NCBI GenBank assembly: GCA_963665125.2
Contig: CAXXUK010000002.1
Span: 1,184,001 to 1,248,000 of the forward strand
Direction: 5' to 3'
DNA: 64,000 bases
DNA from: an uncultured Desulfarculus sp.
GTDB taxonomy: Bacteria > Desulfobacterota > Desulfarculia > Desulfarculales > Desulfarculaceae
The translations under genes were made by a program, and so were the position numbers. Positions within the stretch are counted from its first letter, which is position 1. Each line of letters opens with the position of its first letter. This document shows positions 1 to 9,494 of this stretch, piece after piece. Under the pieces are notes generated by a model. The model was not told the origin of the DNA. It ran no database searches and saw nothing but the letters and a program-made list of their open reading frames with translations.

Positions 1-21
1 ATGCGGCGGGAAAGATGATTA

Positions 22-1767
22 ATGGCCGACAAAAGCGAAATTCAGCAAATTATAAGCAACCCCCGCTCGCTCCTGGAGCTTGAGCGACGCGATGCCCGCC
101 AGGCCGAGGCCCTGTGGCACGGTATGAGCCGCGAGGAAAGATTGCGGGCCATCCTGGCGGCCAGGGGGGCCGACCGCGAACGGCTGATCTCCCTGGCCCA
201 GGATTCGGCCCAACTGGTCCGGGCCCTGGCCGTGGATGAATTCGCGGGCACGGTCCTGGATCTGGGCGGCGACGACGCAGGTGGCCTGATCTCCATGAGC
301 AGCGACGCCCAGTTGACCTATCTGCTGGATCTCACCGGCTGGGTCAAGGGAAAGCTGGCTCCGGCGCGCTACGAGGCCTGGGTGCCCATCATCATCGACG
401 GCGGCGCTCGGCGGGTCAAACGCTGGCTGGACACCACCGACGTGGAGGTGCTCAGTCTGATCATGGCCCACTGGCTGAGGGTGGTGAAATGGCTGGCCAG
501 CCAGGACGAGCAGGAACCGCCGGACGACCTGCCGTCGTTCACCCTGGACGGCGTGTATTTCATTGATTTCCACAACGGCCAAATGCGCGACCATGCCGTG
601 CAGGTTTTGGTGGTGCTGAAAAACGAACTGCCCGATCTGTATCAGCGGGTCCTGGAGGCAATGCTCTGGGAATCGGCCGCCGAAATGGCCGAGGACGCCG
701 CCATGTGGCGTTCGGGCCGCATGACCGATCTGGGCTTCCCCACCCGGCAGGAGGCCTTCGAACTCTGGGCCAAGGCCCCGGCCGGCGAGGACGCCTGGCA
801 AGATCTGCCCACAAAGGACGAAATGGACTTCATGGGCGATGCGCCGCCCCGCTCGGACGCATCCTTGGGCCTGCTGCCCAGGGAAGAGGTCCTTCCCGTG
901 GTGGCCGGTTCGATGGAAGGCCCGGCCCTGGACCGGCTGCGGGCCGAACTGGCCTATGTAGCCAACTGCGGGGTGGTGGCCCTGGATGCCGATCCGGCCG
1001 AACCCGAGGAGGTGGCCCGCTCGGCCCGGGAAAGTCTGGGCCTGGCCAATATCGGGCTGGGCCTGCTTGCCTCCGGCGACGTCAAACGGGCCGCCGAGAT
1101 CGTGGCCCGGTTGGGCATAGCGGCCATGGCCCGGCGGGGCGCGGCGGGCATCCGCGAACTGAACCGGCGGGCCTGGTCCCTGGCCGCCGACGGCTGGCTC
1201 TCCAAGGCCCCCGGCGGTGTGTTAATCCTGGATGATCCCCAGGACCGCTGGGTGGCCGGGCTGATGTTCCCCCGGCCACGCTGCTTTGATCCGGCCATGC
1301 CCGAGGGCCGGGAGTACCGGGCGTTTATGGGTGTGGCCGATTTGCAGCATGCCGAACATTATCTGAGCCTGGCCGAGTATTGGGGCGAGCTGCTGGAGAT
1401 GATGGGCATAGATCACCGCCAGATGGCCGGTCTGGCCGCCGAGGCCCCGCCAGAAGAAAGCGGCGGCCTGAAGATGACCTCGGTCATCGGCACCTGGCTG
1501 GCTGGCCGCACCATCGGCCTGCCCGATTTGGAGCCCATACCGGAGGCCCGGCTGACCGAGACGGTGCGGGCCTTGCAAAAGGGCCTGGGCGGTTCCCTGA
1601 ACCAGGAGTTGCTGGCCTCGGTGGAGACCATAGCCGATCCGAGCAAGGCGGCCCTGGCCAGAGAACTGCTCCGGGGCGTGCTGGAGCGTTTGGCCCAGGA
1701 AATAAAACGGATCGACGCGTCCCGGACCTTGGAAGGCCGCTATATATCGATACTGGTGGTGGAATAA
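22..1767 (+). CDS. Conserved hypothetical protein, DUF6178-like
   Basis: 581-aa ORF with typical codon bias; motifs 'QLTYLLDLTGW', 'FTLDGVYF' and 'WRSGRMTDLGFP' resemble DUF6178 proteins as I recall them; stop overlaps the next start (TAATG). Confidence 0.7.
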   Translation: MADKSEIQQIISNPRSLLELERRDARQAEALWHGMSREERLRAILAARGADRERLISLAQDSAQLVRALAVDEFAGTVLDLGGDDAGGLISMSSDAQLTYLLDLTGWVKGKLAPARYEAWVPIIIDGGARRVKRWLDTTDVEVLSLIMAHWLRVVKWLASQDEQEPPDDLPSFTLDGVYFIDFHNGQMRDHAVQVLVVLKNELPDLYQRVLEAMLWESAAEMAEDAAMWRSGRMTDLGFPTRQEAFELWAKAPAGEDAWQDLPTKDEMDFMGDAPPRSDASLGLLPREEVLPVVAGSMEGPALDRLRAELAYVANCGVVALDADPAEPEEVARSARESLGLANIGLGLLASGDVKRAAEIVARLGIAAMARRGAAGIRELNRRAWSLAADGWLSKAPGGVLILDDPQDRWVAGLMFPRPRCFDPAMPEGREYRAFMGVADLQHAEHYLSLAEYWGELLEMMGIDHRQMAGLAAEAPPEESGGLKMTSVIGTWLAGRTIGLPDLEPIPEARLTETVRALQKGLGGSLNQELLASVETIADPSKAALARELLRGVLERLAQEIKRIDASRTLEGRYISILVVE

Positions 1768-2477
1768 TGCGCGAACCGGCCAGCCAAATCGCCGAGGTCA
1801 AAGGCATCTTCAGCCGGGTTGCGCCGGTGTACGACCTGCTCAATCATGTGCTGAGCCTGCGGGAAGACATCCGCTGGCGGCGTTTCGTGGCCCGGGCCCT
1901 GCGCCACGGGCCCACCGGCAGGGTGCTGGACGTGGCAACCGGCACCGGCGACCTGGCCTTGGCCGTGGCCGACCGGCCCGACCGCCCCACGGTTGTCGGG
2001 CTCGACCTGGTCCCGGCCATGCTGGAGCCTGCCCGGCGCAAGGTGGCCAAGAGCGGCGCATCGGTGTATCTGCTGGCCGGTGACGCCACCAACCTGCCTT
2101 TTCCGGACCGGCATTTCGACGCCGTGACCTGCGCCTTCGGCATCCGCAACATCCCCGACCGCGTCGGGGCCATGGCCGAAATGCGCCGGGTCTTGGTGCC
2201 CGGCGGCCGGATCTACATACTTGAGTTCACCACGCCGCGCTCCAGCACGGTTCGCCGCATATACAGCCGGTATCTGGTCAACCTGCTGCCGCGTATCGGC
2301 GGAATGGTCTCCGGCGACGAGGCCAGCTACCGCTACCTGGCCGAGACGATTATGGAATTCCCCATACCCGAGGATTTTCGCGGGGAGATGACCGCCGCCG
2401 GTCTGGTTGCCCCACGATCCCACCCCCTGACCAAGGGCATAGCCTGGGCCCATGTGGCCGAGCGACCCCTGCGCTAA
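1767..2477 (+). CDS. ubiE: UbiE/MenG-family demethylmenaquinone methyltransferase
   Basis: Start at ATG 1767 (MREPASQ), coupled to the upstream stop; motifs 'IFSRVAPVYDLLNHVLS', SAM-binding 'VLDVATGTGDLA', 'FGIRN' and 'YRYLAETI'. Confidence 0.9.
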   Translation: MREPASQIAEVKGIFSRVAPVYDLLNHVLSLREDIRWRRFVARALRHGPTGRVLDVATGTGDLALAVADRPDRPTVVGLDLVPAMLEPARRKVAKSGASVYLLAGDATNLPFPDRHFDAVTCAFGIRNIPDRVGAMAEMRRVLVPGGRIYILEFTTPRSSTVRRIYSRYLVNLLPRIGGMVSGDEASYRYLAETIMEFPIPEDFRGEMTAAGLVAPRSHPLTKGIAWAHVAERPLR

Positions 2478-2603
2478 TCAAATTTTACAAGTTATTTGAA
2501 ACAGTTTCTTCGCATTTCCGCGCCAGGGCCGCCACAAGCGTCTGGTAAACAGAACATGCCTGCCAAGCACCTGTGAAAGACATAAGAGTGTAGTAAATTT
2601 TTT

Positions 2604-2837
2604 ATGGGTGATGTCATGAATATGCGAAGGCAAGAAGTGAGGATAAGCGCCACTCTTAAGGGCGTATTAGCTGCCAGGGAAGATGGCATGATCATTGAAA
2701 CGCCTTACTGCCGCTATCCGGTCAGGGGCGCGGGTCTGGACCGTCACCTGGGCGATAGAGTTGAAATTCGCGGACTACTGGCCGACGAGGCCGGACGCCG
2801 CATGGTGATGCAGGTTGATTCCTGCCGCCTGATCTAG
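2604..2837 (+). CDS. Small hypothetical protein (possible OB-like beta fold)
   Basis: 77-aa ORF filling an intergenic gap; alternating beta-strand pattern ('GDRVEIRG'); true start may be 2616 or 2622. Confidence 0.5.
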   Translation: MGDVMNMRRQEVRISATLKGVLAAREDGMIIETPYCRYPVRGAGLDRHLGDRVEIRGLLADEAGRRMVMQVDSCRLI

Positions 2838-2877
2838 TTCAAGCGGTCTACCGTCCGACCGGACGGCGTTTGATGGT

Positions 2878-3246
2878 TCACCAGCCGCCCGGCGGGCGCA
2901 GGGGCTCCATATCAAAAAAATTGTTCATGCCGCGCCACAGGTGGTGTTCGCGCACCTCCAGGTGGCGGATGTTTTCAGTGATCATCAAGGCCCGCATATC
3001 CGAGGGGCGCATGCGCGGGGCCCGGATGATGCTGATATCGAGCCAGCCCAGTTCCCGGGCGGCCTGCCAATGTTCCACCCCGGCTATAATGAAATTGTTG
3101 TCCGTGATCAATAGGGGCTGAAAGCGGCCGCCGGCGGACATGTGCTCCTTGAGCCTGCCGAACTCGAACCGGTCCATGGGCTCGAACAAATTGTCGTGCT
3201 CCGGGTGTGGCCTCAGTTGGCGGGTGTCTGCTGTCTCAAGCTGCAT
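2878..3246 (-). CDS. Stand-alone ParB N-terminal/Srx-like domain protein with degenerate motif
   Basis: From MQLET: 'LRPHPEH', 'LKEHMSAGGRFQPLLI', 'IIAGVEHWQAARELG' and 'ALMITENIRH' follow the ParB-N pattern; no HTH follows. Confidence 0.65.
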   Translation of the reverse strand: MQLETADTRQLRPHPEHDNLFEPMDRFEFGRLKEHMSAGGRFQPLLITDNNFIIAGVEHWQAARELGWLDISIIRAPRMRPSDMRALMITENIRHLEVREHHLWRGMNNFFDMEPLRPPGGW

Positions 3247-3518
3247 GGCGCGTAAATCCAATAACAAGAACCACTGCGGCCAAATATAGTGGGCAAGTAG
3301 TGTATCCGCAACCCGCCCGGTTGCAGTCGGCTGACCGGTTGTGCATAATATAGCTAAAATGTAGCTGGAACGTATCGTCTTGCCAGGCAAATTTCCGGTG
3401 CAGCGGCGCAAAAGCTGATCTTCTGTTAAATAATGATGGCCAAGCGCGGTGGTACGATGCTAACAAATAAACCCGCAACATGGTGGGGTAGATGCCGCGA
3501 GAAACAGGACGAAACACC

Positions 3519-3695
3519 ATGCCCGATAAGTCGACACAGGAAACCGAGGCCGCATCCTCGCGACCCAAGGCAAAATTCGAGGTCTATGGCGAGGAGATGA
3601 TCGAAAAGGTCGTCAAGCCAAGCGGAAACTCGGGACGCGTATATCTGCCACCGGAGTGGATCGGCAAAAACGTTAAAATTATCAGGATCGATTGA
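3519..3695 (+). CDS. DUF2080-family small AbrB-like protein
   Basis: 'EVYGEEMIEKVVKPSGNSGRVYLPPEWIGKNVKIIR' matches the DUF2080 pattern; AGGA lies upstream of ATG 3519. Confidence 0.8.
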   Translation: MPDKSTQETEAASSRPKAKFEVYGEEMIEKVVKPSGNSGRVYLPPEWIGKNVKIIRID

Positions 3696-3714
3696 TTATC
3701 GCGGGAAGGTTCCA

Positions 3715-4146
3715 GTGAAACTGCGCCCGATGAACCATGACGACATTGAACAGGTCGTTGAAATACAGAGGCAAATCCAGCGCCGTGATGTCGGCGAACC
3801 CTGGAAGATCATGCTTGACGGTCATCTTGGCAGCGGCCAGCGTTCGGCTTTCGTGGCCGAGGAAGAAGGCCGAGTGATCGGTTTTATTCTGGGCGAGGTC
3901 AAGGCGGGCGGTTTTGGCGCCGAATACGCCGGATGGATCGAAGTTATAGGCGTGCGGCCCGACCGCATGGGCGGCGGCGTGGGCAACGCCCTGGCCAACC
4001 ACATGGTCAAACACCTGGAACAGGCCGGGGTGGACGACGTCTGCACGGCGGTGCGTTGGGACAGCGGCGACCTGCTGGCCTTTTTCAAGAACCTGGGTTT
4101 TGACCGTTCTCCCTTTATCAACCTTAGCCTCAAGCGGGGCGGCTGA
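3715..4146 (+). CDS. GNAT-family N-acetyltransferase
   Basis: 'FVAEEEGRVIGF', acetyl-CoA motif A 'IGVRPDRMGGGVG' and 'FFKNLGF'. Confidence 0.9.
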   Translation: MKLRPMNHDDIEQVVEIQRQIQRRDVGEPWKIMLDGHLGSGQRSAFVAEEEGRVIGFILGEVKAGGFGAEYAGWIEVIGVRPDRMGGGVGNALANHMVKHLEQAGVDDVCTAVRWDSGDLLAFFKNLGFDRSPFINLSLKRGG

Positions 4147-4156
4147 GCACAGGGCC

Positions 4157-4399
4157 ATGGCCTGCGGACCGGAGCGTGAGAAGCAGTTGCGCGGCGCGGG
4201 ATGGGCAAGGCAGTTCACAGCCTCGGAGCCCAGGCTCAGCGAGGCCGTTGACAACTACCGCCAACTGGGCTTTGAAGTGCATTTGGAGCCGGTGGACCCG
4301 GCGGCCTGCCAGGCCGACGGCCAATGCACTGCCTGCTTTGACAGCTCCGATATCGCGGATGGCATCAAGATCATTTACACCCGGCGGCCCGTCAAATAG
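4157..4399 (+). CDS. Small conserved hypothetical protein with a Cys cluster
   Basis: MACGPERE...'GWARQFTASEPRLSEAVDNYRQLGFEVHLEP'...'CQADGQCTAC'...'IYTR'; starts 10 nt after the GNAT gene. Confidence 0.7.
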   Translation: MACGPEREKQLRGAGWARQFTASEPRLSEAVDNYRQLGFEVHLEPVDPAACQADGQCTACFDSSDIADGIKIIYTRRPVK

Positions 4400-4711
4400 G
4401 CTCCATTCCTTCCAATAGCAATTATTGTCAAAAATATGGCGATACCGCGGAAGCGTATGTTGGTAGTCCAGGAAAGCGTCAAAATGCTGTCATTGTTTTG
4501 ACGGTAAGTGTAAATTCAGCTTCACAGTCGTGCGCATCTCCGAGCACATCCGCAAACCGGAATAATTTGCCCAACATCTTGTAATAACGAATCAATCATC
4601 CCTGTAAACAATTCCGCGTAAAAAAAGTGCATCTCCTTTCATAATTTTTCGTTTCCCATAACGTCTGAAAAATAAAGCCGAATCAACTTTGCAGCATTGA
4701 TTGTGTCTTGA

Positions 4712-4727
4712 TGGCCTGCTTGTTGCA
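4712..4727 (+). promoter_or_regulatory. Putative sigma54 (-24/-12) promoter
   Basis: TGGCCTGCTTGTTGCA against consensus TGGCACG-N4-TTGCW; exact GG-N10-GC spacing, about 30 nt upstream of the ORF at 4759. Confidence 0.65.
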
Positions 4728-4758
4728 TACAAATCGGTCAGGATATTAACTGGAGCTG

Positions 4759-5055
4759 ATGATGGAAGCACAGATTCAAAATATGCGCGGGTTGGCAAGG
4801 GTGATCTTCGAGGAAATGGTCTACGCCAGTGAATTGGTGTCCAATCCTTCCGCCCTTTGGACTCCTGACAATTTTCAGAGGCTCCAGGAAGGCCTGAGGG
4901 CAAGATTGGCCCCGGATGCAAGGGACAAGTCGAAGACATTCTTCAATATGGTTTTTGACCGCTCCTTTGCCGAGGCCCGCAGGGTGTTCGAAGGCATCCT
5001 GGATATGGCCGAGTTTGAGCGCTATCATCCCCAGGTCATGTACGCCACCGCGTAA
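4759..5055 (+). CDS. Hypothetical helical protein
   Basis: 98-aa ORF with a GGAG RBS, an upstream sigma54-like promoter and a downstream GC hairpin (GGGCCGCC-N6-GGCGGCCC, about 5079-5100). Confidence 0.6.
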   Translation: MMEAQIQNMRGLARVIFEEMVYASELVSNPSALWTPDNFQRLQEGLRARLAPDARDKSKTFFNMVFDRSFAEARRVFEGILDMAEFERYHPQVMYATA

Positions 5056-5155
5056 CCACATCCCCATGCAAGTTCCCCGGGCCGCCCTTTGTGGCGGCCC
5101 TTGTCATTGACTCCTGAGGTTGCCAGATGCTTTTTCAGGAGCTAACATTAGTTCC

Positions 5156-5995
5156 ATGATTCCGCGCACTCTAAAAATGGGCCTAGCCGCAGGGATGGTT
5201 TGTTTGTTGGCCGCCCACCTGGCCTGGGCCGGGAGCCCCGCCAAGGTCAAACCGGCCTGGCAGACACTGACTCCGGGCATGGAAATGTGTTTTCTGGAAG
5301 CCGGGGCGGCGGCCAGGGTGGGCAGTGAACGGGTGGCCGTGCTGCGGATAGACTCCAACCAATTCCGCTTTCAGGTGCTGGTGGCCCAAGACGGCGATGA
5401 CGAAAAAACGGCCGGAGAGTGGCGGGAGGCCACCGGTGCCCTGGCCGTGTTCAACGCCGGGCAATATGCCGAGGATCATTCATATCTCGGACTATTGGTC
5501 CAGGACGGCAAGGTCATCGGACGCCTGGCCGGCCGTCAGGACGCGATGTTTCTGGCCGAACCAACCGATCCGTCACTCAGCGCAGCCAGAATCATCGACT
5601 TGCGCTATTCAGCCTTTGATCTCAAGGCCAATCCCTACCGCCAGGCCGCCCAGTCACTAATGCTCGTGGACCGCTTCGGCCATATCCGGGTGCGCCGGTC
5701 GCCCAAGATCGCCCACCGCACCGCCCTGGGCATGGACGGCAACGGACGCGTACTGGTTATGGTCACCGAGGGGGCCATGACCCTTTGGGAATATGCCGAG
5801 TTTTTGGCGGGGGCGGGGCTTGGCCTCCGGGAGGTCATGCTCATGGACGGCGGCGGCGAGTCCCAGCTCGATCTGAAAATCGGACGCCTCCAATATGAGC
5901 AATACGGAGGTCCCAGCACCACGCCGGATCTGTTGTGGCCCCGGCAGGTGCTGCCGGCAGCCCTGGCCGTATTTCCCCGTCAGCCTTCCAAATAA
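5156..5995 (+). CDS. Exported phosphodiester glycosidase (NAGPA/DUF2233)-family protein
   Basis: Signal peptide ('GMVCLLAAHLAWA'), 'AVFNAGQY', 'HRTALGMD' and 'MLMDGGGES'; start uncertain (5120, 5156 or 5177). Confidence 0.75.
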   Translation: MIPRTLKMGLAAGMVCLLAAHLAWAGSPAKVKPAWQTLTPGMEMCFLEAGAAARVGSERVAVLRIDSNQFRFQVLVAQDGDDEKTAGEWREATGALAVFNAGQYAEDHSYLGLLVQDGKVIGRLAGRQDAMFLAEPTDPSLSAARIIDLRYSAFDLKANPYRQAAQSLMLVDRFGHIRVRRSPKIAHRTALGMDGNGRVLVMVTEGAMTLWEYAEFLAGAGLGLREVMLMDGGGESQLDLKIGRLQYEQYGGPSTTPDLLWPRQVLPAALAVFPRQPSK

Positions 5996-6019
5996 CGCAC
6001 CATCGCTAAGTAGTTCGGC

Positions 6020-6150
6020 CTGCCGTCAAAATAATGACGATAGGCCGGTTTGCCTTGCTCGTGAGGAGGGGGCGCCGGACCGGATGCGATTTCCCCGGTC
6101 GCATCCGGTCCGACGGAGGGTTGATGCCACGTCCTATTGGCGGGACGTTG
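6020..6150. terminator. Cluster of three hairpins between convergent genes
   Basis: CGGCCTGCCGTCA/TGACGATAGGCCG, CGGACCGGATGCGA/TCGCATCCGGTCCG and ACGTCC/GGACGT inverted repeats between the 5995 stop and the ftsZ stop. Confidence 0.5.
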
Positions 6151-6169
6151 ATTCTGGCCTATATGCCCC

Positions 6170-7348
6170 TTAGTCGGCTTGACGCCGCAGGAAGGTGGGC
6201 ACATCCAGGTCGGCCAAGTCTCGCATCGGGTTGCCTCGTTCAATCCTGGAGGTCGGTTGAGGCTGGGGATTGGCTGTGGAGCGCACATAGCGCGGCACAT
6301 TGAACTCACCGATCTCGGTGGGGTCCATGCCGCCGCCTACCGCGGTCTTCAGACGCACGGGCTCCGCACCCTGGGCCGAACATGATTCGCCGATGCCCGT
6401 GGCTATCACGGTCACGCGCATCCGGTCGCCCAGAGTGTCGTCTATTACCGTTCCCCAAATAATGTTCGCATCGTCGTGCGCCGCTTCCTGGATGAAGGTG
6501 CTGGCCTCGCTGATCTCGTCAATGGTGATATCGCTGGATGCGGTGATGTTGACCAGCACGCCCCTGGCGCCGTCGATGGTTATGTCCTCAAGTAGCGGGT
6601 TGTTGATGGCCCGGTTGGCCGCCTGCACGGCGCGGTCGTCGCCGCTGGCCTCGCCGGTGCCCATCAGGGCCACGCCCATTTCACTCATCACGGTTCGCAC
6701 GTCGGCAAAGTCGAGGTTGATCAGGCCGGGGGTCATGATCAGGTCGCTGATGCCGCGTACGGCGTATAAAAGCACTTCGTCGGCTTTTTTGAGCATGTCG
6801 GCGAAGCGGGCGTTCTTGGGCGCGAGGCTCCTGAGCCGGGTGTTGGGTATCACGATGAGGGTGTCGACGACTCTCTTGAGTTCCTCGATGCCTTCATCGG
6901 CCTGGCGCATGCGCTTTTTACCCTCGAAATCGAACGGCTTGGTGACGATGGCCACGGTCAGCGCGCCCATCTCCTTGGCCACTTCAGCCACTACTGGCGC
7001 CGCGCCGGTGCCCGTGCCGCCGCCAAGGCCCGCGGTGACAAAGACCATGTCGCTGCCCGAGAGCATGTCCTGGATCTTGTCGCGGTCTTCCAGGGCGGCC
7101 TGGCGGCCCACTTCCGGGTCGGCTCCCGCGCCCAGACCTCTGGTCAGGTTGCGGCCGATCTGCAGATGCACCCGCGAACGGCTTTTTTCCAGGGCTTGCA
7201 AATCGGTGTTGGCGACGATGAACTCCACGCCGCTGAGTCCGGCCTCGATCATGTTGTTGAGGGCGTTGCCGCCGCCACCGCCGATTCCGACGACTCTTAA
7301 CTTCGCACCTGAGTTCAGGCCTTCGACCATTTCGATTTCCATTGTCAT
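6170..7348 (-). CDS. ftsZ: Cell division GTPase FtsZ
   Basis: 'VVGIGGGGGNA', tubulin signature 'GGGTGTG', 'NLDFAD' and C-terminal peptide 'DLDVPTFLRR'; start at 7348 with a GGAGG RBS. Confidence 0.98.
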   Translation of the reverse strand: MTMEIEMVEGLNSGAKLRVVGIGGGGGNALNNMIEAGLSGVEFIVANTDLQALEKSRSRVHLQIGRNLTRGLGAGADPEVGRQAALEDRDKIQDMLSGSDMVFVTAGLGGGTGTGAAPVVAEVAKEMGALTVAIVTKPFDFEGKKRMRQADEGIEELKRVVDTLIVIPNTRLRSLAPKNARFADMLKKADEVLLYAVRGISDLIMTPGLINLDFADVRTVMSEMGVALMGTGEASGDDRAVQAANRAINNPLLEDITIDGARGVLVNITASSDITIDEISEASTFIQEAAHDDANIIWGTVIDDTLGDRMRVTVIATGIGESCSAQGAEPVRLKTAVGGGMDPTEIGEFNVPRYVRSTANPQPQPTSRIERGNPMRDLADLDVPTFLRRQAD

Positions 7349-7374
7349 TTTAAATACCTCCCGGGGTAAGGCGG

Positions 7375-8604
7375 TTATACTATATCCTTGAACCATCTCC
7401 GCATGCGGCCCGTGACACGGTTGAAAATGTTGGTGTCGCGGATGCGGAATTTTTCCTGATTGATGTTTTTCGCACCATAGAGCACCAAGCCCACGGCGGT
7501 TGAATACTTGGGGTTGCTGACCACGTCCGACAGACCGGCCACGCCCTTGGGGCTGCCCATGCGGGCGGGCATGTTGAAGATCTGCTCGGTCATTTCCACC
7601 AGGCCGGACAACTGGGCCGAGCCGCCGGTCAACACCACGCCGCCGGCGATCTGATCGGCCATGCCCGATCTTTCTATTTCCATCTGCAGCAGGGTCAGTA
7701 GTTCTTCGACCCTGGGCTCCAGTATCTCGGCCAGGATTCTGCGGTTGGCCCGCCGGTGTTGCCGACCGCCCACGCCGGGCACGCTGATCTGCTCCTCGCC
7801 GGGGACCCGCTCCACCAGGGCGCAGCCGAACGAGGTTTTCAGGTTTTCGGCGTCGGACATCGGCGTGCGCAGGCCCACGGCCAGGTCGGTGGTCAGATTT
7901 ATGCCGCCCAAGGCCAGCCCGGCGGTGTGCTTGATGGCGTCGCTGCTGAACACGGCCAGATCGGTTGTACCGCCGCCAAAGTCGATAAGCGCCACGCCCA
8001 GGCCCATTTCCTCTGGCGTGAGCACGGCCTCGGCACTGGCCAGGGACTGCAGGACGATGTCGGCCACGTCCAGGCCGGCCATGTTGCAGCACTTGATCAG
8101 GTTGTGGGCGCTGGCCACCGCGCCGGTGACCATGTGCACCTTTGATTCCAGGCGCACGCCGCTCATGCCCACCGGATCCTGAATGCCGCTCTGGCCGTCG
8201 AGGATGAATTCCTGGGGCAGGATGTGGATCACCTCGCGGTCGGTGGGAATGGCCACGGCCCTGGCCTGGTCGACCACCCGTTCCTTGTCTTTTTGGGTCA
8301 CCTCGCGGCCGCGGATGGCGATGACGCCGTGGCTGCTGAAGCCCTTGATGTGGCCTCCGGCGATACCGGTGATGACGCTTGTGATCTCGCAGCTGCTCAT
8401 CAACTCGGCCTCGGCAACGGCCTTTTTGATGCTTTCCACCGTGGTCTCGATATTGACCACCACGCCCTTGCGCAGGCCCTCCGAGGGATGACTGCCGGTG
8501 CCTAGAATCTCCACGACGCCGTCGCTCACCATGCCCACCACCGCGCATATCTTGGTGGTGCCGATGTCCAGACCGACGATTATTTCATCTTTGCGGCCCA
8601 TCAA
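7375..8604 (-). CDS. ftsA: Cell division protein FtsA
   Basis: 'VGLDIGTTKI', 'DFGGGTTD' and 'VLTGGSAQ'; dcw position. Confidence 0.97.
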   Translation of the reverse strand: MMGRKDEIIVGLDIGTTKICAVVGMVSDGVVEILGTGSHPSEGLRKGVVVNIETTVESIKKAVAEAELMSSCEITSVITGIAGGHIKGFSSHGVIAIRGREVTQKDKERVVDQARAVAIPTDREVIHILPQEFILDGQSGIQDPVGMSGVRLESKVHMVTGAVASAHNLIKCCNMAGLDVADIVLQSLASAEAVLTPEEMGLGVALIDFGGGTTDLAVFSSDAIKHTAGLALGGINLTTDLAVGLRTPMSDAENLKTSFGCALVERVPGEEQISVPGVGGRQHRRANRRILAEILEPRVEELLTLLQMEIERSGMADQIAGGVVLTGGSAQLSGLVEMTEQIFNMPARMGSPKGVAGLSDVVSNPKYSTAVGLVLYGAKNINQEKFRIRDTNIFNRVTGRMRRWFKDIV

Positions 8605-9494
8605 TCCCCCCGCGCCAAACGGACAACCGCCCGGTTGTCATAATCCAGATCGATCAGCGTAGTGCGGTTAATTTCGTCCCTGGCTTCCAGGTCGGCGATC
8701 ACCGGAACCATTTGGCGCAGCTTGCGGCCATAATCATTGAAGCCCAGGCGTACTGTGGCGCCCAGCCCGTCGAAAACCAGGCTGATGCCCCATACACGGT
8801 CCAGATGGATTTCGCTGAGCCTTTTGCGGCCCGGCAGTCCGTTCTGGGGCATTATGGCCACCAGATTGGCCGCGTCACGCATCAACCCGCCGATCTCCTG
8901 ATCCGGCTGGACCAGATCCGCCTCGGTCAAGCCCGTGATCAGGGGCATATCCAAGCTGGGATCGGGCCCGGTCTGGGCAAAAGGCCTGAACTGGGCGTCC
9001 AGGCAGAAAATGCGCCCGCCGGCCATGGCCAGGACCCGGCATTCGCGCTCGACCACAGTGATGTTCACCGTGCGGGGCAGGCTGCGGCTGACTTCGGCCT
9101 TTTTGATCCACGGCAGGCGCTCGATGCGCTTTTCAATCTGGGAGGTGCGCATGACCAGCAGGTTGCTGTCGATACCGATGCCTGCGGCTCTGAGCACGTC
9201 CAGGCGGCACACACGCTCCAGGCCCGTTATCCTGGTTTGGCGCACGGCGAATGCCTGGCTGGTGCTGAGAATGCTCCAGCCGCCCAGCAGGGCTCCGGCG
9301 GTCAGGGCCATGACCATGACCTTGACCATGATCCGGCCAAAGGCCCGCGCCGCGCCGGTCAGGGCCTCACGACGCTTTTGACGGTTCTTGGGCCCACGGT
9401 TGACCTGCTGGTTACGCAGGCGCGATCCCACGCTGCGGCCCTGTTTGGGCTGGGCCGCTGTTTTCTGGCGGGGTTGTGCCTTGCGCTTAGCCAC
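8601..9494 (-). CDS. ftsQ: Cell division protein FtsQ/DivIB
   Basis: Basic N-terminus, single TM, POTRA-like 'LPWIKKAEVSRSLPRTVNITVVER' and C-terminal 'IDLDYDNRAVVR'; upstream of ftsA. Confidence 0.9.
   Translation of the reverse strand: MAKRKAQPRQKTAAQPKQGRSVGSRLRNQQVNRGPKNRQKRREALTGAARAFGRIMVKVMVMALTAGALLGGWSILSTSQAFAVRQTRITGLERVCRLDVLRAAGIGIDSNLLVMRTSQIEKRIERLPWIKKAEVSRSLPRTVNITVVERECRVLAMAGGRIFCLDAQFRPFAQTGPDPSLDMPLITGLTEADLVQPDQEIGGLMRDAANLVAIMPQNGLPGRKRLSEIHLDRVWGISLVFDGLGATVRLGFNDYGRKLRQMVPVIADLEARDEINRTTLIDLDYDNRAVVRLARGD

Noticed and set aside
3519..3695. DUF2080 as evidence of an IS element
   Set aside because: No transposase, TnpB, terminal repeats or target duplications seen nearby.
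6020..6060. c-di-GMP-I riboswitch (minus-strand GGCAAACC)
   Set aside because: No GNRA/GAAA loop or GCAAAGC second stem, and it lies between convergent gene ends.
6170..8548. 792-aa ORF suggesting an N-terminally extended FtsZ
   Set aside because: The first ~400 codons are an Arg/Gly/Pro-rich alternative frame of ftsA; FtsZ has its own RBS and start at 7348.
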